Of a stretch of 64,000 nt of DNA, positions 1 through 12,300 are shown piece after piece (the first letter of the stretch is position 1; each line of letters opens with the position of its first letter). Source of the DNA: Chiloscyllium plagiosum (Eukaryota); NCBI RefSeq assembly GCF_004010195.1, contig NC_057718.1, positions 20,231,547 to 20,295,546 on the forward strand. The letters are read 5' to 3'. The notes under the pieces are model-generated. The model worked only from the letters and a program-made list of their open reading frames with translations. It searched no databases and had not been told where the DNA came from. The position numbers were made by a program, and so were the translations under genes.

Positions 1-124
1 GAAGAAGGGCTTATGCCCGAAACGTCGATTCTCCTGTTCCCTGGATGCTGCCTGACCTGCTGCGCTTTTCCAGCAACACATCTCCGGCTCTGATCTCCAG
101 CATCTGCAGACCTCACTTTCTCCT
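1..124 (+). mobile_element. Penelope-like element pseudo-LTR 3' end (family A), with hammerhead core cut by the window edge
   Basis: GAAGA-A-GGGC-TTAT-GCCC-GAAACGTC...CAGCATCTGCAGACCTCACTTTCTCC. The same sequence family follows GIY-YIG coding sequence at 24290-24970. Confidence 0.8.
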
Positions 125-129
125 TATAG

Positions 130-250
130 ATTCTGTGAGCATGATCTTAACCTCCACGACCACCTGATGAAGGTGCAGTGCTCCGAAAGCTGGTGCTTCA
201 AATAAACCTGTTGGACGATAACCTGGTTTTGTGTGATTATTAACTTAGTT
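130..250 (+). mobile_element. Penelope-like pseudo-LTR fragment (family B)
   Basis: CACCTGATGAAGGTGCAGTGCTCCGAAAGCTGGTGCTTC...AAACCTGTTGGACGATAACCTGG matches the ends of the 58657-60211 element. Confidence 0.75.
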
Positions 251-286
251 AACTTTATAGCAGCCCTGATGTGTTCTCTTTTAAAA

Positions 287-304
287 TGCCAGCAGGTGGC
301 GCTG
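287..304 (+). promoter_or_regulatory. CTCF-like binding motif
   Basis: TGCCAGCAGGTGGCGCTG matches the CCASYAGRKGGCRS consensus and retains a CpG in CpG-poor DNA. Confidence 0.5.
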
Positions 305-360
305 AAATAGTTAGTGTAAGATTTGCCTATTAAATATTCCTTTGAGGCACCAATAAATAG

Positions 361-538
361 TTTGCTGATCCTTGGGCTGTCTGGTCTGCAGCATCACCTG
401 CTGTTGGGAGTGAATATTCAATTCTGAACTTATCAAAATTTGACATTGGAGTTTATTTTTGATGTGAAGCGAGTGTGTGTGAACCTTTTATTTCAAAGGG
501 TGCTACCCAAGTGCAAATGTTGTTACAGTACTTGACCA
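361..538 (+). pseudogene. Candidate decayed Ig V-set domain, C-terminal half
   Basis: Frame from 406 reads GSEYSILNLSKFDIGVYF*CEASVCEPFISKGATQVQM, i.e. I-x-N-L-x-x-x-D-x-G-x-Y-x-C with TGA at the Cys position. Interrupted by the CR1 at 540. Confidence 0.4.
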
Positions 539-539
539 A

Positions 540-1640
540 AGAACAAAGAAAATTTACAACCCAGGAACAGGCCCTTCAGCCCTCCAAACCTGAGCTGATC
601 TAAATCCACTGCCTAAACCTATCGCCCAATTCCTAAGCATCTGTATCCCTGTGCTCCCCACCTACTCATGCATCTGTCCAGATGCACCTTAAATGAATCT
701 ACCGTGTCTGCCTCTATTACCTCTGCTGGCAATGCGTTCCAGGCACCTACCACCTCTGTGTAAAGTACTTGCCACGTATATCCCTCTTAAACATTTCGAA
801 TAAGTGACTTCTCGTTTTTGAATCCCTCGCCCTGGGAAAAAGCTTATCACTAATTACCCTGTCTATATCCTTCATGATTTTGTAGACCTCAATCAGGTCC
901 ACCCTCAATCCCCTTTTTTCTAATGAAAACAATCCTAACCTACTCAACCTCTCTTCATAGCCAGCACCTTCCATACCAGGCAACATCCTCGTAAACCTTC
1001 TCTGCCCCTCTCCAAAGTGTCCACATCCTTTTGACAATGTGGCGACCAAAACTGTACGCAATATTCTAAATACGGCCGAACCAAAGTCTTGTAAAATTTT
1101 AACATGACTTGCCAGCTCTTATACTCAATACCCTGTCCGATGAAGGCAAGCAAACCATACACCCTCTTGACCACTCTGTCTACCTGTGCAGCCACCTTCA
1201 GGGTACAATGGACTTGAACTCCCAGATATCTCTGCTCATCAACTTTTCCCAAGGCTCTTCCGTTTACAGTATAGTTTGCTCTAGAATTAGACTTCCCAAA
1301 ATGCATCACCTCACATTTGCCTGAATTGAACTCCATCTGCCCAACTCTCCAGTCTATCTATATTATCCTGTATTCTTTGACAGTCCCCTATGCTTTCTGG
1401 TACTCCACCAATCTTTGTGTCATCTGCAGACTTACTGATCAGAACATCAATGCTTTCTTCCAGATCATTTATGTATACAAACAACAGTGGCCCCAACACT
1501 GATCCCCTTTCTCCATTTTGAGAAACTCCCTTCAACTACTACTCTCTGTCTCCTGTTGCTCAACCAGTTCTTCATCCACCTAGCTAGAACACCCTGCACG
1601 CCATGTGACTTCACTTTTTCCATTAGTTTACCATGGGGAA
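540..1640 (-). mobile_element. CR1-clade LINE (HER1-like) 3' fragment, RT C-terminus, 5'-truncated
   Basis: Minus-strand ORF pieces VPHGKLMEKV, SVLGPLLFVYINDL, SADDTKIGG, KCEVMHFG, YKTLVRPYLEYCVQFWSP. Confidence 0.95.
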
Positions 1641-2189
1641 CCAAGATCAAGGATGCTGGAGTATTAATTTCCTATCGGACATCGGAATGTTTTGGTGACC
1701 AGGAACTAATGGGCAACTGCTGGAGTTGAACGAACAGTAGTAAAACAGGCGAGGCAAAACCATATTTGTCAGTACTATATTTTTAGGTTGAGTATGGGCT
1801 TGCTTAAATAAGTGTGTTGACATCCTCTGTATCTATGTAGATGTGTCAAGCCCCAGTGTTGATTAGATAGCTCTTGGTAATGTGTTTTGAATTAACCTTT
1901 AGCCTCCACATTGTTGTGTCACCTTCAAGAATGGAAGGATAAACATTACTATTAAGTTATGTCTTTGGTACATAAACTGACATGAATGCATTTCTTCATG
2001 GACAAACAAACAGTAAAGTTACTCCTTCTGCACTAAACTTTGAAATAGCAGCTGACAGATGCCTTTCACCTTAAGAAATGTTTGGTTGCAGCACAAAGCT
2101 CAAATAATGTTTCTTTTAAAAATCAACATTTTGTCAAAGCTTTTGCACCTTACATTTTATCAGGTCATTTGATATTTAAGAATTAAGAA

Positions 2190-2500
2190 GGGGTGGTACG
2201 GTGGCTCAGTGGTTAGCACTGCTACCTCACAGCACCAGGGTCCCAGGTTTGATTCCAGCCTCGGGTAACTGTTTGAAGTTTGCATGTTCTAACATGTGTC
2301 TACACGGGTTTCCTCCAGGTGCTCCAGTTTCCTCCCACAGTCCAAAGATGTGCAGGTCAGGTGAATTGGCTATGCTAAATTGCCCGTAGTGTTAGGTGCA
2401 TTAGTCAGAGGGAAATGGGTCTGGGTGGGTTACTCTTTGGAGGGTTGGTGTGGACTTGTTGGGCTGAAGGGCCTGTTTCTACACTGTAAGGGATGGAATC
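2190..2500 (+). mobile_element. tRNA-derived HE1/V-SINE-type SINE
   Basis: A box TGGCTCAGTGG, B-box-like GGTTTGATTCC, V-domain GGGTTTCCTCCAGGTGCTCCAGTTTCCTCCCACAGTCCAAAGATGTGC, CR1-like tail. Confidence 0.9.
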
Positions 2501-2719
2501 TAATTGTCCTGATAAGTGCAAGACAAGAAGCTTAGAACAATAGTGAAATGTCCTAAAATTATAGTTATATGATATGATACAGCATGTATGATACAGAGCT
2601 CTGCAGTGGTATTGTTGCTCCTACCTCTGAGCCAGAAGATTTGGATTCAAGCCACCGTCTCTGGCAAATATCTGAGACTGTAAAAGATTATTTGCAAGTT
2701 GGCATCCTAGTCAACCCAG

Positions 2720-3130
2720 AAATAAACTTCCAACCATATCACTTCCATCACTTCAAAACCCCACTTTACTTTACCTCTAACTTTGGCTGTCTTCAACCTT
2801 GCCTCAGCTCATCTATGTTCTTGTTACTTATTGACTAATATATTTTACTGCTGACCTGCTATTCCTACCATTTTTCATCTTTCATAAACCTTAGCCCATC
2901 CAACACACTGTTGCCAATATCTCACATGCCCAATTTTCTTTCACCATCGCACCTGTAATCCCGGAATATGTGCTTCCAATTAAACTGCATTTTGATTTAA
3001 AATTTCTCATCTTGGTTTTCAAATCCTTCCATTGCTTTTCTCATCCTCATCTCTATAAACTCCTCCAGCTCTACAACCTTCCAAGGTATCTATTCTCCTC
3101 TAACTATGGTCCCTTGCTTATTCTCTATTT
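2720..3130 (+). mobile_element. Old L2-like LINE 3' fragment
   Basis: Pyrimidine-rich, TTTAAAATTTCTCATCTTGGTTTTCAAATCCTTCCA...CTCCTCCAGCTCTACAACC. Similar to 8640-9220 and to the reverse complement of 9220-9780. Confidence 0.55.
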
Positions 3131-3279
3131 TTAGGAATATGAGTAGACTATTCATCCTGCCCTGCTATTTAATACAATTATGGGCTGATATATTCAGTGC
3201 CTGTCATTCAACCATCCCCACCATCCTGTACACCACTGGTAATAAAAAATCTACAATGAACAAAGATGGAGCTTCCATA

Positions 3280-4370
3280 GCAGTCTCTTGTCACAAGTGG
3301 GGCAGGTGTTGGTTGTGAGGATGGGATTCCCAAGTTGCCATGCATTCCTTTATCAATGTTTCACTTCAGCTTGCTATTGGTGATAAGACCTGAGGTGCGC
3401 AGATTCGTCACAGATGCTTTTCTTTGCCTTTGGGCAATCTTGGGACAGATTTCCCAGGTGTTGATGGGAATGCTGTGCTTTGTTCTAGGGGGTTTTGTGG
3501 GTGTCCGTGAAGCATTTCCTCTGCCCCACTGTGGCTCACTTACTGTACTGAAGCTCCAATAGAGCATGCTTCAGGAATTTAGATTAGAGTGGTGTGGAAA
3601 AGCACAGCAGGTCAGGCAGCATCCGAGGACCAGGAAAATCGACATTTTGGGCAAAAGCTTCAGGAATGTCAGGCCATGTATATGGACAATGTGCCCTGCC
3701 CAGCAGAGCTCATTGAGAGTAGTCAATGCTTCACTGTTGGCTCGAGTGAAAACGCTTACATTGGTGTACCTATCCTGGCAATGAATTTACAGCAGCTTGC
3801 AGAGGTAACACTGTTGTTACCTCTCCTGGGTTTTGAGGTATCTGCTGTACGAGTCCATGTCTCTAAGTCATATAGCAGGGCAGGTGTCAGTGTTGCTCTA
3901 CAGATCATCAGCTTGGGACCAGGTCTGAGATTCCTGTCTTCAGACACACCTCAGGTGACTGAAGTCTACACTTATACAGTGAAGGCAGTGTTGGACTTTG
4001 CTGTCGATAATTGTTTTTCCCAAGCTATGGAAAGTGATCCACTTATCTAAGGCCTTTTTATCGTTGGTGATAACTGCAAGGCAGTGCAGTGTGATAACAG
4101 CATGTTTTTAGAGTGTATTTGTTTCATGACCGTTTAGTGCAATGCCCATGCTTTCATAAGCCTCGATGAAGATGTTGATATGGGCTTGGAATTTGGTGTG
4201 TAGATGTAAAGCATCATACGCACCCTGTAGTTCAATTACACAGGACGCGATGATATTGGAACTGGCCTGCAGGTGGCAGAGTTTACACAAGTTCCCATTT
4301 GTTCTGTGGATTAGCTCCACTCCAGTTTAACAAAGATTGAGAAGAGTATCGTTGCAGTGACACAGCCTTG
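3280..4370 (-). mobile_element. RTE-clade LINE fragment (RT and downstream), containing a PLE pseudo-LTR insert at ~3579-3656
   Basis: KLMICRATLTPALLYDLETWT and VIELQGAYD...FIEAYESMGIALN resemble RTE RT motifs. The insert is flanked by GCTTCAGGAAT at 3568-3578 and 3657-3667. Confidence 0.75.
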
Positions 4371-5390
4371 CTTGGCCCTGATCCAAATTTGATTTGGACC
4401 TGTTACATAGGATCACTGCTTACATGTCATCATGGATCAGACACAGGATGGAGACAAACGTTTGGTGCTGCTGAACAGAGGAAGGCAACCCCATCGTCCC
4501 TCTCAGTTGACAGTCCTCAGGTGACTGATCTGGAGAAATACAAAAATCATTCAAATCTCTAACAAAGACATTACTTAAACTTATTGTTTTCAGTTCTCCG
4601 GCTAAACGAACCTGTATTCTCTTGATACTTGACCCTGTAGCTACGTGTGGACAGCCTCTTTGTGTAAATACCTCAGGCAATTTTGCAACTTCAGAATTCC
4701 AGCGTTCCAACTACTTTACGAATTTAGTTTCCCCAAAGCTGAAGTTATGTTTCTGCTACATATAAGGTATGAAATTGAATATTTTTTCAAAAGCAGGATT
4801 GGAATATATAGATGAACTTAATTATCTTTGTCCATTCCATTTTTTCAGTACTTGTTATTAAATTCAATTGGTAACAAAGTATAATAACATCAGAGCTTCA
4901 AATCTGTAGTGTTTGTCATTTAACTAAACTGCAAATGGTTGTCAATCGTAGAAATATATCCAGATTGGGGGAACAGGAAGGTGATTTGCATACAGAAATT
5001 AAGACGATATTAGGCAAGAACTTTCAAAAGTTGATTGGGGGCAGTTGGAAAATGGGAAGCCTTCAAAAATGAGATAACCAGAGTCCAGAGACAGTTAATT
5101 CCTGTTAGGTTGAAAGGAAAGGCTGGTAGGTGTAGGGAATGCTGGATGACTAGAGAAATTGAGATTTTGGTTAAGGAAAAGAAGGAAGCATATGTCAGGT
5201 ATAGACAAACAAGAATCCTTATAAGAGTATAAAGGCAGTAGGAGTATACTTAAGATGGAAATCAGGAGGGCAAAATGGGAACATGAGATAGCTTTGGCAA
5301 ATAGGGTTAAGGAGAATCCAAAGGGTTTTTACAAATACATTAAGGACAAAAGGGTAACTAGGAAGAGAATAGGGCCCCTCAAAGATCAGC

Positions 5391-5582
5391 TAGGTGAAAG
5401 TGGGTACTGCAGTTGCTGGAGATGAGACGCAAGATTACAGTAGTGCTGGAAAAGCACAGCAAGTCAGGCAGCATCTGACGAGCAGGAACATCGACGTTTT
5501 GGGCAAAAGTCCTTCATCAAGATACCTGATGAAGGGCTTTTGCCCGAAACATTGATTTTCCTGCTCTTCGGATGCTGCTTCT
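5391..5582. mobile_element. Mini fold-back PLE pseudo-LTR (family A) inside CR1
   Basis: Minus-strand pLTR 5391-5520, then plus-strand copy 5525-5580. Flanks CCCCTCAAAGATCAGCTA (5375-5392) and CCCCTCAAACAGCAGCAA (5583-5600). Confidence 0.8.
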
Positions 5583-6916
5583 CCCCTCAAACAGCAGCAA
5601 GGCAGCCTATGTGTGGGGCCGCAAGAGATGGGGCGATACTAAATGAGTGTTGCATCAGTGTTTACCGTGGAGAAGGAATTGGAAGATATAGAATGTGAGG
5701 AAATAGATGGTGATATCTTGAAAAATGTCCAAATTACACAGGGGGTGGTGCTGGATGTCTTCAAATGCATGAAAGTGGATAAATCCCCAGGACCTGATCA
5801 GATATACCCTAGAACTCTGTAGAAAGCTAGAGAAGTGATTGCTGGACCCCTTGTTGAGGTATTTATATCATCGATAGTCACAGGTGAAGTGCCCGAAGGC
5901 TGGAGGTTGACTAACATGGTGCCACTATTTAAGACAGGAGCTATAGAAAAGCCAGGGAACTACAGATTGGTGAGCCAGACATCGTTCATGGGCAAGTTGT
6001 TGGAGGGAATCCTGAGGGACAGAATTTACATGTATTTGGAAAGGCAAGGACTGATTAGGCATAGTCAGCATAGCTTTGTGCGTGGGAAATTATGTCTCAT
6101 GAACTTGATTGAGTTTTGTTTGAAGAAATAACAAAGAGGATTGATGAGGGCAGAGTGGTGGACGTGATCTATATGGACTTCAGTAATGCATTCGACAAGG
6201 TTCCTCATGGGAGACTGGTTAGCAAGGTTAGATCTCATGGAATACATGGAGAACTAGCCATTTGGATACAGAACTGGGTTGAAGGTGGAAGTCAGAGGGT
6301 GGTGATGGAGGGTTGTTTTTCAGACTGGAGGCCTGTGACCAGTGGAGTGCCTCAAGGATCAGTGCTGGGTCCACTATTTTTCGTCATTTATATAAATGTT
6401 TGGATGTGAGCGTAAGAGATATAGTTAGTAAGTTTGCAGATAACATCAAAATTGGAGGTGTAGTGGACAGACAAGAGGGTTACCTTAGATTACAACGGGA
6501 TCTTGATCAGATGGGCCAATGGGCTGAGAAGTGGCAGATGGAGTTTAATTCAGATAAATGCGAGATGCTGCATTTTTGGAAAGCAAATCCTAGCATGATG
6601 TATACACTTAATGGTAAAGTGCTCGGGAGTGTTTCTGAACAAAGAACAAGGTTCCCCATGGGAGACTGATTAGCAAGGTTAGATCTCATGGAATACAAAA
6701 AGAACTAGGTGGTGGTGGAGGATTGTTTTTCAGACTGGAGGCCTGTGACCAATGGATCGGTGCTGGGTCCCCTACTTTTTGTCATTTATATAAATTATTT
6801 GGATGGGAAAATAGGAGATATAGTTAGGAAGTTTGCAGATGATCGCAAAATTGGAGGTGTAGTGGACAGCGATGGTTACCTCAGATTATACTGAGATCTT
6901 GATAAAATGGGGCAAT

Positions 6917-7340
6917 CCCGAAACGTCGATTTTACTGCTCCTCGGATGCTGCCTGAACTGCTGTGCTCTTCCAGCACCACTAATCCAGAATCTGGTTTCC
7001 AGCATCTGCAGTCATTGTTTTTACCAAGTTGATTTTAACCCCACTGCGAATCCTCTTGCAAGGATGCCTGCCTTGAAGAAGTGTTCCTCCTCTCTCTACA
7101 AGAATCTCAGGGAGTCCCTCTCCCACTGCAACTCCCAGGTCATTTCCACTTTCTCCCCACCCCCATCCTCCTCTCAATTATCTCTCCACGCTTCAGGCAC
7201 TCTGCCTGTATTCCTGATGAAGGGCTTTTGCCCGAAACATCGATTTTACTGCTCCTTGGATGTTGCCTGAACTGCTGTGCTCTTCCAGCTCCACTAATCC
7301 AGAATCTGGTTTCCAGCATCTGCAGTCATTGTTTTTACCT
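6917..7340 (+). mobile_element. PLE partial tandem: pLTR, ORF start, pLTR
   Basis: ~109 bp direct repeats at 6917-7025 and 7231-7339. Hammerhead core at 7214-7241. Confidence 0.8.
7214..7241 (+). ncRNA. Minimal hammerhead ribozyme motif (family A)
   Basis: CUGAUGA-A-GGGC-UUUU-GCCC-GAAA-CAUC. The ACGU palindrome is altered by a CpG-type change. Confidence 0.65.
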
Positions 7341-7824
7341 AAGGTCTTTTCCTTGGTGTGAGGGCATCCAGAACCAGAAGGCACAGGATCCGGGTGAGAG
7401 GGGAAAGATATAAAAGGGACCCAAAGGGCAACCTTTTCACGCAGAGGGTGGTGCGTGAGTGGAATGAACTGCCAGAGGAAGTGGTGGAGGGTATTACAAT
7501 TGCAGCATTTAAAAGGCATCTGGATGGGTATATGAATAGGAAGGGTTTAGAGGGATATGGGCCAAGTCCTGGCAAATGGGACTAGATTAATTTTGGATAT
7601 CTGGTTGGCATGGACGAGTTGGACCTGAGGGTCTGCTTCTGTGCTGTACTTCTCTATGACTATAATATTGACACATCTCACTGTTCAAAGTAAAATTAAC
7701 TTTAAGTATGAATGCGTCATCAACAATCATTGATCTTGAATATAGGTTATGTAAAGTTTAATTCTCAGTTGCAACTTTAGTATGATGGTGTAGCTGAAAC
7801 TTGACCTGCTTATTAATAAACATA

Positions 7825-8140
7825 GAATTGCTACAGTGTGGAAACAGACCATTCAACCCAACAACTGCACACTAACCCTCTGAACTGCATCCCACCCAGA
7901 TCCATCCCCCTACCCTAAAAATCTGCATTTTTTATAGTTAACACATCTAACCCACACATCCCTGAACACACGGGGTAATTTAGCATGGCCAATCCACCTA
8001 ACTTGCGTAGCTTTGGACTGTGAACAGAAACCCGCACAGACACTGGAAAAACACGCAAGCTCCAGGCAGACAGTCGTTCAAGGGTGGAATCAAACCTGTG
8101 TCCTGGTGCTGTGAGGAAGTAGTGCTAACCGCTGAGCCAT
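7825..8140 (-). mobile_element. HE1/V-SINE-type SINE
   Basis: Reverse complement of the 2190-2500 family, ending GTGCTAACCGCTGAGCCA. Confidence 0.85.
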
Positions 8141-8639
8141 TGTTTTGTCCTTAAATGTGTTATCTGGTCTTGGCTTTGTGTCAAAATATTGGCCTTACAA
8201 TAAAAAAAACTTGCATTGTGATATTGCCTTTAACGTATAATAAAACCTGTTTGTGCACTTCATAGAAGTCTTACATTTTATGTGTAGTTGCCTTCGAATC
8301 TGAAGTGGTCAAATGTGGATTTGGACATCCATCCTTCTGGTCTAACTAGAAGAGTCTTTTTGAGTAATCAATATGAAATTTATTGCGTTACTGCCAATGT
8401 TTACAAATTACATGATTATAGCCTTTGTTACAATAAAGACTCTGAAGCACACTAGCCCCAACTCTGTCTCCGAAGGTTTTTGCTGACTCTGACGAAATCT
8501 CCTCAACATCGTCACAGTAGGTGGTGCTTACTCTGCTCAATAAAGTATTTACCCTTTTAGACTTATATACAACATTATCAAAATAAAATTTGACACTAAG
8601 CCACATGTTAAGACAGATTACCAAAAGTAATAAATGCTA

Positions 8640-9780
8640 AACTCTGTTCCCTATCAACCAACTCCATTCCTTCTCCGGAAACAGTGTGAAATTAAGCCAG
8701 TTTGTTCACATTTTTAGTATCACGTGATTCCAACCTTGTAATCAAGTCATCACTAAGACGGCCTATTTCTACCTTTTGCTCCCGAGGTCATCAATAAACT
8801 CTACTATCCATTCCTTAAATTGTAGCTAGATCTATTCTCCTGTCTCTCTGTGCTTACCATTGGTTCCTGATCAAACCATGTTGCCTTCTTGCTTTATGAT
8901 TCCTCCATTGCCTCACCATGTCATTTCTCTGTAATCTCCTCCAGCCCACAACCTCTTAGATATCTGTTCTCTAATTTTGGTCTTCTCTCCATCCCCAATT
9001 TTAATTTTATTTGTTCGAATTCAAAGTCGGTATGCAAACTCTCCGCCACTCTACCATACCTTTCTACTATAAGACATTCTTTAATATCTACCATGTTAAC
9101 CAAGCTTTAGGTCCTCTGACCTAATATCTCTTGTGTGGGTTAGTGGCATATTTTGTTTTGTAATACTTATGCAAAACATGATGGGAGATTACATTATAAA
9201 GCTGCTATATAATTATAAGTTACTGTTGAGGTAGTTTTGTAAGAATGTCTTCAATGAACAGAAGAGACAGCCAGAGAGTTGTCGGGAAGGAATTACAGAT
9301 TTTAAAGTCTTGGCAGCTGAAGACATAGCCACCAGTGGTGATGAAAATGGGTGATGCACAAAAGATACCAAAATTGTGGGAGTGCAGAATTGTGGGACTG
9401 GAAGATTGTGAAGTGCAAGGCCACGGGGACTTGAAAACCAAGGTAAAAGTTTTTAAATGAAGATGACATCAGATTGAGAGGCAATCAGGAATGCTTATTG
9501 TAATCGGTGACTGGGGCTAGATGCGAGTCAGAACAAAGACATCCGAGTGTTTAGATGAACTCAAATTTTTGGGGGATGAATGCCAGCCAGACTGATTTTG
9601 GAATTATCAAGTTTACCATTTACAAAAGCATGGATGAAACAGTGCAAGAGTATGACTTTCTTGTAACGGTGAAAATGGACTGTTCCACTGATGACACAGA
9701 TGTGAGGTTTAAAGTTCATTTTTGAGTTGGATTGTGAACTTCTGAGTCAGTCTCAGATAATTACCAGAGACAGAGTTGGT
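8640..9780. mobile_element. Two old L2-like 3' fragments, tail to tail (+ ~8640-9220, - ~9220-9780)
   Basis: Mutually reverse-complementary segments, e.g. TGTAATCTCCTCCAGCCCACAAC versus the reverse complement of ~9385-9420. Confidence 0.5.
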
Positions 9781-10444
9781 GGCGATGATAAAATCATGGC
9801 ATGGACCAAAGACAGTGCATGGAAGTTTTAACCAGTAATAGGAGCAGGCAGAGAATGTTATGCATTAGCTGGTGTGCAGACCTCCTGATTCCACCCAGCC
9901 CTGCACAATTTTCTGTGAGGTGGCAGGGGATAAATTGGGGTAGCAGAACTACTGACCCGCTGCAGCAGGCTATTGAGTCTATGAATGGCTTATTAAGAGA
10001 GATTGGTCACAGAAGATCCTCTTAAGTTCTATTAAGTCTCAGCAGGTGGTGGTGGTGCGGGTAACCAACTGGCAGACCCAAAGGGCCAGCTTTCCAGGTA
10101 GACTTGAAGGTTCCCAATGCCTCCTTGGGATGAACTGCTGCCCCAGTTCACCTTAAGAAGTCCCACCAGACTCTGCCAATAATGATGAACTGGTCCCAAC
10201 AGCCATTTTTATTTTTGGGTGCATCTTTCCTGGCCTCACCTGTCACAGCATCCTGCTGCAGGAGGGCCTCCTATTGGCTCTCCAGATTCAAGAGTCCATA
10301 CATCAACTTCACCAGCCGTTCAAGGAAAATTGCAGGGAGTGACTGTTTTCCTCAGAGTGCATACCTTTGACCCCATTTGAGTCTAACATCATTTGTCCAC
10401 AAGGAAAATACCCCTGAATAGCTCAAAAGTACGAAGTATTGAAA

Positions 10445-10780
10445 AGCTACAGTGTGGAAGCAGGCCATTCAACCCATCAAGTCCACACCGATCCTCCAAA
10501 AAAGCATCCTACCCAGACCCATCCCCCTACCTTATCCCTGCAAATCTGCATTTACCATGCCTAATCCACTTAGCCTGCATATGTCTGGATACTATGGGCA
10601 ATTTAGCATGACCAATTCATGTAACCTATACATCTTTGGACTGTGGGAGGAAATTGGAGCACCCAGAGGAAACCCACCCAGACACGGGGAGAATGTGCAT
10701 ACTCCATATTCCAAGGCTGGGAATCAAACCCTGGCACTGTGAGGTAGCAGTGCTAACCACTGAGTCACCGTGCCGCCCCA
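10445..10780 (-). mobile_element. HE1/V-SINE-type SINE
   Basis: Full-length reverse copy ending CACTGAGTCACCGTGCCGCCCC. Confidence 0.9.
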
Positions 10781-11799
10781 AGAGTAAGGGAATATAACTT
10801 TCATCTGACTCATAGTGAGCTTCATTTCTAGCTGTAATACCTGCTTGTCTTTGTTGCAGCTGGAAAGACCGATGTAGAGTTTGTTGGGCTGGTCTGTTGA
10901 GTTTGGACATTCTCTGAGACATTGAAATATAATATATATCGAGGGCTGATCACACTCCATAGAGAGTCAGTTCCTTTCAATCTGTCACAATAGACTGAAT
11001 TATTGGACCCACCCAATGTCAAGAACAGAAGCGGGAGGGCCCCGAAAATATCAGTGCTGGGCACGATGCCACATTCCAGACACTGATCTCGGTGAAAACA
11101 GAAATTAGCAGGGTGGAGAGAGGGTGTGACAGGAATCCCACTCTATTAATGGAAGCTATTTAAAAGCTTGTTAAGAGCTTGTCAAGGTTTGAGATGTTAA
11201 CTTTTTTCAAGGGCTGAACAGGTTCCCCACCCCCTCAGAAAGGAAATATCTGGAGAGAGAGAAAGAGAGAGAGATAGATGTGGCTACAGTATCAGGAGCC
11301 AGTCAGGGCTGTTCCAGAGTATCAGCTGGGCTCATAAGAGAATGTGCAGGAAAAAGAGGGTCACAGTATTTAGTCAGGCAGTGCGCTTGGAGCTGCCCAT
11401 GACGGGGACAGTGGGTTCTCAGCACCTGGGATTTGAATGGTGACTGGAATGCAATTGTAAAGGCTGCCAAGGACAGTGAGGTAGCCACATGCCCAAAAGA
11501 AGGGTATCAGATGGCAAAAAGGGCACAGATGTCAGATTTTGGGCACAGTGGTGATAAGGGGCAACATCTTCCACAGGAAAGGCAGGATGCTGGGCACCAG
11601 AAGTGCACAGGAGAAGGAAGGAAAGACAGGAAAGCAACTGAGACCAAACTGTCAACAGAGAATCAACCACCAAATATGGAGATTTCCAGAGATGCCTCAG
11701 AACCTGTGTTGCAGGAGACTGCAGCATTGCAGGCAGATAGGTGTTCTTTACAATACAAAGCACAATGCCAGGCTAGGCCGTCAAAGTTACAGTGGCTTT

Positions 11800-12300
11800 G
11801 AATTTCCTCACCTCTGGCTCTTTCCAACAGTCAACTGCAGATCTTAATAGCATCTCAAAAATAGCTGCATGCCACAACTGATGCCCACTTAGCCAGAGCT
11901 AGATGATACATTCAATTAATGACAGACTTGGCATTGCAGGGTAAGGGGCATTGGGTTATAGCTGCGTCACTGAATTTTCCCAGTGCATGGTTTCATATTC
12001 ACACCCATGTAGCCACCAAAGCACCTAATAACAGACGAGTGAGATGGCACAATAAGAAAGGCTTCCACTTCCCCAATGTTCAACTGATCTATGACCAAAA
12101 TTTTCTTCCATATGTATGCTAACATTCCTTGTAGCTGTCATGAATCTTTCATCTCCTGTCAATTCAGGCAGCTTCAGATCTTTAACCTGTATGTTAGTGG
12201 AACCTAGGGGACAAGAGAATTCCCTTGAAGAGATGTCTATTGACGTGCTGTCTACACCTACTCAGTAGGACAACAACATAGAACTTCTGAAGATGTGATT
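11800..12300 (+). mobile_element. PIF/Harbinger transposase relic
   Basis: FP...THVATKAP...HNKKGFHFPNVQLIYDQ, then ANIPCSCHESFI and WNLGDKRIPLKRCLLT. These correspond to Harbinger/HARBI1 DDE motifs THxxxxxP, NRKGFHSxNVQxxCD, PGSxHD and LLGDxGYPL. Confidence 0.75.

Larger units (their letters stand above)
5005..7662 (+). mobile_element. CR1-clade LINE ORF2 (RT), degenerate, with two nested PLE inserts and an internal duplication
   Basis: [55 protein letters not shown], and the 3' UTR ending CTCTATGACTAT. Confidence 0.95.

Noticed and set aside
2190..2260. tRNA gene
   Set aside because: The A/B boxes belong to a SINE head, with no acceptor stem or terminator.
4368..4562. ORF with LLTC...GWRQ...SSLSVDSPQVTDLEKY resembling an Ig domain
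   Set aside because: Spacing is too short, the second Cys is absent and there are no clear splice boundaries. Not distinguishable from chance by eye.
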